Below, in pieces: positions 58,049-64,000 of a stretch of 64,000 nucleotides of DNA. The DNA comes from Dehalococcoidia bacterium. GTDB lineage: Bacteria > Chloroflexota > Dehalococcoidia > Lucifugimonadales > QGNO01. The position numbers and the translations under genes were made by a program. Numbering within the stretch: the first letter of the stretch is position 1; each line of letters opens with the position of its first letter. The DNA lies in contig CBDHED010000002.1 in the NCBI GenBank assembly GCA_965261825.1, positions 18,103-82,102 on the forward strand, given 5' to 3'. The notes under the pieces are model-generated. The model did no database searches. It saw only the letters and a list, made by a program, of their open reading frames with translations, and was not told the origin of the DNA.

Positions 58049-58890
58049 CAGGGTTCTCCTACTTGCAGCGCTTGCCATTCCAATCGCGACTTCATCTCTT
58101 CCGGATTGGGCGTGACTTTCTCAGGGGCAAATTCGAAATCCCATCCCTCAGCTGCGATTGTATCTACCACCCTCCCCGCATCAAAGCTTAGCCCAGTAAA
58201 ACTGCTTGGTGGCTGGCTAGCCAGCCAGACAAACGCATTGCCCAGTTCGGCTGGGTCTGTCCAGCTTGACGTCACCTCTTCAGGCATCAGTTCTGCCGCT
58301 GCTATCGTCACCCCGGTTGGCTTAATTCGCTTTCCGGGGCTCATGGTGTTGATGGCTATCTTATGAGACGTCGCTTCTAAGGCTAGGGCCTTGGCAAACC
58401 CCTCCAGGCCGTGTTTTCCGGCACAGTATGCAACTTCCCTGGCAAAACCACGAAAGCTGGCACCGCTTGCCACAGCCATGATGTGTCCACCGCCTTGCGC
58501 CTTCATTATGTTCCATGCCGCCTTGGTGCCGTTAAACAGACCGCCTATATGGATGTTTAACTCACGCCACCAAGCATGGTGACTTGTTTCCTCAAAGCTG
58601 AGCAGGGGCATTACGGCAGCGGTATGTATCAGCGCGTCCAACCTGCCCCATTCGTCGACTACCTTTTGGATAACACTGTTGAACATCTCGGGGTCGGCTA
58701 CATCCAAAGGCAGATTGAGGAGTTGGGTGCCATCTACCTCAATCCCCTTGAAAGAGGCTTCCATCTCCGCTTGATCGACATCGGTCGCGCAGACCCTGGC
58801 ACCGGCCAGTGCAGAGGCCTTTGCAATTCCCCGGCCGAGGCCTCTACCTGCGCCTGTTACCAGTACTACCTTCCCCTCCAACATGGTCAC
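58048..58890 (-). CDS. Short-chain dehydrogenase/reductase
   Basis: GKVVLVTGAGRGLGRGIA is the TGxxxGxG motif, and YCAGK is the catalytic YxxxK. Confidence 0.85.
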   Translation of the reverse strand: MTMLEGKVVLVTGAGRGLGRGIAKASALAGARVCATDVDQAEMEASFKGIEVDGTQLLNLPLDVADPEMFNSVIQKVVDEWGRLDALIHTAAVMPLLSFEETSHHAWWRELNIHIGGLFNGTKAAWNIMKAQGGGHIMAVASGASFRGFAREVAYCAGKHGLEGFAKALALEATSHKIAINTMSPGKRIKPTGVTIAAAELMPEEVTSSWTDPAELGNAFVWLASQPPSSFTGLSFDAGRVVDTIAAEGWDFEFAPEKVTPNPEEMKSRLEWQALQVGEP

Positions 58891-58911
58891 TATGCAAGCT
58901 CCTTCAATGGC

Positions 58912-59514
58912 CTAGCCGGCTGCAAGGCCCAGTGTACCCGCCACCGGTTTCAGCGCATCTATGACGAACGTGATATGTTCGTCAAGGCCCACGCCCAACT
59001 CTTCTGCGCCTTGGATTATGTCTTCCCGACTCACCGACTTCGCGAAAGCTTTGTCCTTCATCTTTTTCCTAACGGAGCGGACGTCTGTATCGCCGAGACT
59101 TTTTGTGGGGCGGACCAGCGCCACTGCTGTGACAAAGCCCGATAGTTCATCCAGTGAGAACAGCGCCTTCTCCATCATCGTTTCTCGGGGTACACCTGTG
59201 TGATTACCGTGTGACAGCACCGCTTTCACAATTGAGTCCGGGTAGCCACGGGCCTTGAGGATCTCGGCGCCAAACTGGGGGTGTTCTTCCGGTGTCGGGC
59301 AGGCGTCCCAGTCGAAGTCATGCAACATTCCAGTAACACCCCAAAGTTCCTCGTCTTCCCCAAGTTGGCGGGCATAGGCGCGCATGCAAGCCTCTACGGC
59401 AGTGGCATGCCTGAAAAGGGCGTCACTCTTGCCGAATTCCTGAAGCAGCGTCCAAGCTTCGTCGCGAGTAACCATTTGACCCCCTTGGATTCGCCTGAAA
59501 GCGGTCTCGACCAC
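58912..59514 (-). CDS. HD-domain (HDIG-type) phosphohydrolase
   Basis: H...HD pattern (RHATAVE..., GMLHDFDW, SHGNHTG). Confidence 0.7.
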   Translation of the reverse strand: MVETAFRRIQGGQMVTRDEAWTLLQEFGKSDALFRHATAVEACMRAYARQLGEDEELWGVTGMLHDFDWDACPTPEEHPQFGAEILKARGYPDSIVKAVLSHGNHTGVPRETMMEKALFSLDELSGFVTAVALVRPTKSLGDTDVRSVRKKMKDKAFAKSVSREDIIQGAEELGVGLDEHITFVIDALKPVAGTLGLAAG

Positions 59515-59773
59515 TGTTATAATCGCATTCTAGCCGGTTACTAAGCGACCTTAGCACAACAGAGGTCTGTACAGCCACAATGACAAGGTAGCGTAGAGCA
59601 CATGGATGGTACTTGGCAGCCCATATCTGGAGTTACGGCCTAACGTAGGATATCCCTGCTCCAAGCGGCGAACCTTGACACGCCACATGACAGGTCTATA
59701 ATCCCGTCGTCTGCAATAGGGTGTTGTCGAGTAACTCGTCAGAGCCTATATGAATGCTCTAAGGATCTGAGGT

Positions 59774-61219
59774 GTGGTTCGGACATCTTTCAAACCTGCT
59801 AGAAGGGGAGGCGACAGAGTGGTTACAGCAGAGCCGATCTCACTAACACTTGCGGAAGCAGCCTGCAAGATCAAGTCTCGCGAAATCTCACCCGTCGAGT
59901 TAACACAAGAGAGCTTAGACCGTATCGATGAGTTGCAGCCCAAGCTTAACGCGTTCATAACGATCTGCCCCGATCAGGCCCTTTCCGCTGCGCGAAAGGC
60001 CGAGAGGGATATCGCCGGAGGTAAATACCGTGGCCCTCTGCATGGTATTCCTTACGCGGTCAAGGACATCTATGCCAGCAAGGGAATCCGCTCCACAAGC
60101 GGGTCGAGAGTCTTTGCTGATCACTTCCCTGATCACGATAGCACGGCAGTTAGGAAGCTGAACTCCGCGGGAGCTGTGATGGTGGGAAAGAACAACACCA
60201 ACGAATTTGCCAGCGGCGGTGACGACAGCAGCTTTTACGGCCCCGTGCAGAATCCCTGGAAGCTGGGCTATACGCCGGGAGGTTCCTCTAGCGGTTCGGC
60301 AGCCTCGGTTGCTGCTGGGATGATTTTCGCATCCATGGGATCTTGTACCGGTGGCTCCGTTCGTGTACCTGGCTCTAACTGCAGCTTAGTGGGGCTGAAG
60401 CCCAGCTATGGACTGGTCAGCAGATATGGCATATTCCCATTGAGTTGGTCGTTGGATCATCCTGGTCTCCTCACCAGAACCGTTGAAGACTGTGCACTTC
60501 TACTCCAGACGGTAGCGGGTTACGACTCAAAGGACTCATCCTCCACCAGGGTGTCAATCCCGGATTATGCTTCCGCTCTCACCAACGATATCCGCGGGAT
60601 CAGAGTGGGGGTTCCAAGGGAACTCCGTGAAGGCACATCAGCAGAGGTGGACCTCTTAGTAGAGAAGGCATTATCAGTGCTGAGGGAACTGGGCGCTTCA
60701 GTTGAAGAGGTTTCGGTGCCTATAACCGACAACTACGCCACGACTGCAGGCAACGTGATCACGTGGAGTGAGGCCGGCCAGATTCATACACCGTATCTCC
60801 AACACCTGCATGAATACTCCATTGGTGTTAGAGAAAAGGTTCAGGTGGGCCTTGTCATCCCCTCTAACGACTACCACAAGGCCCAAAAGATGCGGCGTAA
60901 GGTTCAAGAGGAGCTGACTCAGATGCTGAATCGAGTAGATGTACTGGTCGGCCCAATCCAGAGGACTCCACCTGGAACCCTCCAGCTCAGCGTGGCGACC
61001 GGTGCTGCTACAGGGATGGCTACTCAACGGAGCTTCACCCGGCCGTTTAACTTGACAGGCATGCCCGCGGTCAGCGTGCCTTGCGGCTTTTCTCCAGAGG
61101 GCCTGCCGGTAGGATTGCAGATAGCTGGCAGACTTTTTGACGATTCCACTGTGCTCCGCGTGGCCCACGCTTATGAGCAGGCGACCCCGTGGCACGATAT
61201 GCATCCATCGATATCCTGA
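59774..61219 (+). CDS. Amidase (amidase-signature family, GatA-like)
   Basis: GGSSSGSAASVAAG is the amidase signature, with upstream LHGIPYAVKD. The exact start is uncertain. Confidence 0.85.
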   Translation: MVRTSFKPARRGGDRVVTAEPISLTLAEAACKIKSREISPVELTQESLDRIDELQPKLNAFITICPDQALSAARKAERDIAGGKYRGPLHGIPYAVKDIYASKGIRSTSGSRVFADHFPDHDSTAVRKLNSAGAVMVGKNNTNEFASGGDDSSFYGPVQNPWKLGYTPGGSSSGSAASVAAGMIFASMGSCTGGSVRVPGSNCSLVGLKPSYGLVSRYGIFPLSWSLDHPGLLTRTVEDCALLLQTVAGYDSKDSSSTRVSIPDYASALTNDIRGIRVGVPRELREGTSAEVDLLVEKALSVLRELGASVEEVSVPITDNYATTAGNVITWSEAGQIHTPYLQHLHEYSIGVREKVQVGLVIPSNDYHKAQKMRRKVQEELTQMLNRVDVLVGPIQRTPPGTLQLSVATGAATGMATQRSFTRPFNLTGMPAVSVPCGFSPEGLPVGLQIAGRLFDDSTVLRVAHAYEQATPWHDMHPSIS

Positions 61220-61229
61220 GGAGGCGCAC

Positions 61230-61427
61230 ATGCCCAAAATGTCGAAAGAAACCGTTAGTGCCCTGATAACGCTTGGCGGCGCCGATGCCACACCTCAAGA
61301 GATTGAGGCAACTACAAAGCTTTATAACACTCTCGCCGAGCAACTAGAGGAAGTCCCGTCCGACTCACTGGAAGAGGTCGAACCTCACTTCATCCAGCCC
61401 ACAAGGAGAGGACGCAGCAGCTCGTAG
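61230..61427 (+). CDS. Small hypothetical protein downstream of the amidase
   Basis: ATG at 61230 follows GAGGAGG. The 65-aa acidic product is unrecognised. Confidence 0.35.
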   Translation: MPKMSKETVSALITLGGADATPQEIEATTKLYNTLAEQLEEVPSDSLEEVEPHFIQPTRRGRSSS

Positions 61428-61584
61428 CGTAATAATCCCAGGTGGCGGCATCTAGGCTCAGAGAGCTTTACAAGAAGCATGGTCAGGATACATAAGATAA
61501 GGTGATTATCCCTTAACGTCACGTAATGAGTGACTGCTATGGCTATCGCCATACTCTCAGTGTATCAGCTAGGAGGCATGGAAA

Positions 61585-62019
61585 TTAAAATGGTAGGTCT
61601 CCGGTGCCAAGTGGCAAGGCATCGTTTTCAGGTACTCTCTTCGCCAAGTCCCACATGCCACGACCAACATTCACAAAGCGATCATCTATGCTTAGGTATG
61701 ACCCCACACTATTCACCGGATTCTTGCCACCAACATGGATGCCCTGCTGCTGGATGCGACCATGAATTTCCGAGCGGTGAAGTGGTCCCCCCTCGCCATG
61801 TAGGATGTCATATATAGCAGTGCCAATCCTTTCAGCGAAGGAATCTTTGTTGAGAGTATCTTGGGATTGACCATTACGCTCAATGACCCTTATCACAACG
61901 TGTAGGCTTTCAACCTCTTTGTCGATCTCGCGTTTCTTTGTTTCTAAGTCTTTGACCAAGGCGCGTAGGCCACGCAATATGGATTCATTGCCCATTGTCG
62001 TTCTCCATTGTGTTGCCAA
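61585..62019 (-). CDS. HARE-HTH (winged-helix) domain protein with an N-terminal coiled coil
   Basis: AIYDILHGEGGPLHRSEIHGRI...GKNPVNSVGSYLSIDDRFVNVGRGMWDL matches the HARE-HTH pattern (..P...eI...i......tP..t....l....rF.rvgrG.w.L). Confidence 0.45.
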   Translation of the reverse strand: MATQWRTTMGNESILRGLRALVKDLETKKREIDKEVESLHVVIRVIERNGQSQDTLNKDSFAERIGTAIYDILHGEGGPLHRSEIHGRIQQQGIHVGGKNPVNSVGSYLSIDDRFVNVGRGMWDLAKRVPENDALPLGTGDLPF

Positions 62020-62089
62020 AAGCCACTGTACTGTTTCCTCACCGTATTTGTAGACGCTAGTGTCCCAGTGTTCATACTGTGAAATCAGA

Positions 62090-62172
62090 TGGGGATGGTG
62101 GGATTCGAACCCACATGCCGCTGGCGGCGCTAGTTTTCAAGACTAGTGTGTCTACCGTTCCACCACATCCCC
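62090..62172 (-). tRNA. Class II tRNA, anticodon UGA (Ser by anticodon) with tRNA-Leu-like body
   Basis: The reverse complement is GGGGATGTGGTGGAACGGTAGACACACTAGTCTTGAAAACTAGCGCCGCCAGCGGCATGTGGGTTCGAATCCCACCATCCCCA. It folds into a cloverleaf with a 7-bp acceptor stem, a 3-bp D stem, anticodon stem CTAGT/ACTAG, and loop CTTGAAA. The extra arm is 15 nt, the T arm is GTGGG-TTCGAAT-CCCAC, and the discriminator is A. No CCA is encoded. Confidence 0.8.
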
Positions 62173-62175
62173 AAT

Positions 62176-62267
62176 GTTGAGGGGCGCGTCACACGCTAGC
62201 CCAGTCAAACGGTTACAACGTTTGGTTGGATTTAGGCTACTGCCCAGTCAAGGCCGCGCCCCTCAAC
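62176..62267. repeat. 13-bp perfect inverted repeat (GTTGAGGGGCGCG ... CGCGCCCCTCAAC) between the transposase and the tRNA
   Basis: The arms are at 62176-62188 and 62255-62267, and the 66-nt spacer contains GCCCAGTCAA twice. It lies immediately 5' of the tRNA on the - strand. Confidence 0.8.
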
Positions 62268-62344
62268 CGCATTATAAATGCGTGTATTTGGATAAGCAAG
62301 ATGGCAAACGGCAAAGAACAGCGTGGTTTAACTAAAGAGGCGTT

Positions 62345-63232
62345 TCAGAAGTTACTTCGTAAGGCCGCGCAACCTATACGGAAGCCACCCGGCCCAGAAG
62401 TTGAACGAACATCGGAGTCTCTGTCGCTCCGGTGATTGAACCTATAGACGTAGGAGTCCAAGTAGCCCTGTAGATGCTTTGGACTCACGGCATGGTGAAC
62501 GCCGTCGATGCCCCGCTTGACGTTGCTCCACATCCCTTCCACGTTGTTAGTGTGAGCCCTACCCACTACGTATTCCTTCGCGCTGTGCTGGACGGTTTCA
62601 TGGGCATATCCCAGGCTGGTCAATCGGTTGTAGCTAAGCATCTCATCAGTGTAGACCGTCTGGCCTTGTGGGATGTGCGCTTGAATCATGGGTAGAAGGG
62701 TGCGAGCCTTCACATCTGGCACAACCTTGACGACAGCCGACCCTCCGCGTTCCACCATACCGGCAACGATAGTCTTGCCTTCTGCCCCACGCCCGCGCTT
62801 CCCTGGTCGCTTCCCGCCCACGTAGGTTTCATCGACCTCAATCTCCCCGAACAGGACAATATCGTCCTGCGCCATGATGGATCGGATTTGCTTGAACATG
62901 CGCCATGCGGTCTTGTAAGTGACTCCAACCTCACGCTCAAGCTGCTTGGCGGATATGCCCGTTCTGGTGGATGCCATGAGGAACATGGCATGGAACCAAG
63001 ACCGGAGGGAAGTGGAAGACTTGTGGAAGATAGTGTCGGCTGTGGGGGAGACGTGAGAAGCACAGAATTCACAGCTATAGACCTTCCGGCCTGTGATTCG
63101 AAAGTGCTTGGTGATACGCTGACACTGAGAGCAGGTTATCCCTTCAGGCCATCGGGCGTTCTTCAGGAACTCAAGGCAAGAGTCTTCATCGGGGAACTGG
63201 GCATTGAACTGTTTGATTGTGTACTTGTCCAT
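62345..63232 (-). CDS. IS1595-family transposase
   Basis: The N-terminal zinc ribbon is CSQCQ...CEFC. The DDE region has ...VEVDETYVGG...VYTDEMLSYN...HTNNVEGMWSNVKR.., the typical IS1595 pattern. Confidence 0.85.
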   Translation of the reverse strand: MDKYTIKQFNAQFPDEDSCLEFLKNARWPEGITCSQCQRITKHFRITGRKVYSCEFCASHVSPTADTIFHKSSTSLRSWFHAMFLMASTRTGISAKQLEREVGVTYKTAWRMFKQIRSIMAQDDIVLFGEIEVDETYVGGKRPGKRGRGAEGKTIVAGMVERGGSAVVKVVPDVKARTLLPMIQAHIPQGQTVYTDEMLSYNRLTSLGYAHETVQHSAKEYVVGRAHTNNVEGMWSNVKRGIDGVHHAVSPKHLQGYLDSYVYRFNHRSDRDSDVRSTSGPGGFRIGCAALRSNF

Positions 63233-63298
63233 GCCCCAATACTACCAGATAAAGTACGTGCTGTCAAGGGATAATCACCTAAGATAAAAGCTGAGATC

Positions 63299-63808
63299 AT
63301 GACCCCGGCTTCGTTTTCACCGTTCGGGGAGGTCATCGACGCGTCGGACATCCCTGATGAGATTTCTCCGGTTGATTTTCAAGGAGGCGGATTGCGGTTC
63401 AACGCAACTCTTTTGCCCTATCTCGGCCTGGAGTTTAGCCAGATGGAGCAACACTTCCACGTTACTCAGGCTTTCTTGCCGCTCAGCGGGCCGCCAGCGG
63501 TCGTTGCAGTTGCCGCTCCCACAGACCAAAACGACCCTGATGCGATTCCAGGACCCGAACAATGCCACGCTTTTCTTATAGACGGGACCATGGGTTATAT
63601 TCTGAAGAAGGGGACATGGCACTCTGACCGGTTGCCACTCTATCCGCCAAGCACCAAAATGGTAATCCTCACCGATAACGAGACAAACTTAGACCTCAGC
63701 AGGTATGGCTCTATACGGACTCCCGAGAGCGAACGTGGAGGGTGGAAGATCAACCGCATAGTCGATTACCGGACAAAGCTTGGGGTTACCTTCGAGATAG
63801 TTCTTTAG
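63299..63808 (+). CDS. Ureidoglycolate lyase-like cupin protein (tentative)
   Basis: SFSPFGEVID...HFHVTQAFLPLSG...KGTWH resembles the ureidoglycolate lyase/hydrolase family. Confidence 0.4.
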   Translation: MTPASFSPFGEVIDASDIPDEISPVDFQGGGLRFNATLLPYLGLEFSQMEQHFHVTQAFLPLSGPPAVVAVAAPTDQNDPDAIPGPEQCHAFLIDGTMGYILKKGTWHSDRLPLYPPSTKMVILTDNETNLDLSRYGSIRTPESERGGWKINRIVDYRTKLGVTFEIVL

Positions 63809-64000
63809 CGGCTCCCACACTTGTGACGGCGTAGCCTTGTGGCCTAAGCGGGCCAGCAGCTATAAAGTCTGCAATGCTAATCTAGACGTGGATTGTGGCC
63901 TTCGTGCCTATCCTAGGCTCCGACAATTTCCTCCATTACCCGAAGCAGGTTCTCCCCAAGCACCTTTCTTACTGTGTCCTCCGATTGGCCTCGGCGTAGC

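Larger units (their letters stand above)
61501..63279 (-). mobile_element. IS1595-family element (1779 bp) carrying a transposase, a tRNA and a HARE-HTH gene
   Basis: The terminal inverted repeats are perfect over 14 bp: GGTGATTATCCCTT at 61501-61514 and AAGGGATAATCACC at 63266-63279, extending imperfectly to about 27 bp. They are flanked by an exact 8-bp direct repeat TAAGATAA (61493-61500 and 63280-63287), which is the target-duplication size expected for IS1595. Confidence 0.85.

Noticed and set aside
62090-62172. The tRNA as the attachment site of a classical integrase-borne genomic island.
   Set aside because: No tyrosine integrase is adjacent. The tRNA lies inside the IS1595 inverted repeats and target duplication, so it is cargo rather than a chromosomal att target.

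Overview
This window is an accessory, rearrangement-scarred stretch of a GC-rich bacterial genome. I cannot assign a taxon by eye. All functional calls come from reading motifs in the supplied translations; no searches were run.

- **1-15.6 kb:** a type I-G (formerly I-U) CRISPR-Cas locus lies on the - strand. Its order is cas4/cas1, cas2, leader, a CRISPR array of about 62 units, cas3 (C-terminal HD), csx17/cas8u2, then csb1/cas7u, which runs off the left edge. A 959-aa restriction-modification-like N6-adenine methyltransferase overlaps cas4/cas1 stop-to-start, and higBA precedes it.
- **16-25.5 kb:** a conjugative/integrative-type module. It holds a TM-anchored FtsK/TraD-like ATPase, a replication-relaxation-like protein, an RHH-PIN toxin-antitoxin pair, and a large serine recombinase cut by an IS21 element.
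- **25.5-52 kb:** a patchwork of defence-type genes. These are a PLD nuclease with a Zn ribbon, GmrSD, a second 1049-aa type IIG-like methyltransferase followed by two unknown proteins with HEPN-like motifs, and vapBC. IS3 and IS110 remnants and several junctions between truncated genes are interleaved.
- **52-64 kb:** more housekeeping-like genes (K+ channel with an in-frame TAG, YihY, MFS, PTE-like hydrolase, SDR, HD, amidase). An IS1595-family element here has perfect 14-bp IRs and an 8-bp target duplication. It carries a HARE-HTH gene and a complete tRNA whose body looks tRNA-Leu-like but whose anticodon is UGA (Ser).

Best leads:
1. The IS-borne tRNA with mismatched identity elements.
2. 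The type IIG-like methyltransferase plus two HEPN-motif genes, as a candidate defence operon.
3. The RM-like gene fused into the CRISPR adaptation operon.
4. The very irregular CRISPR array, with spacers of 7-77 bp and families of related spacers.
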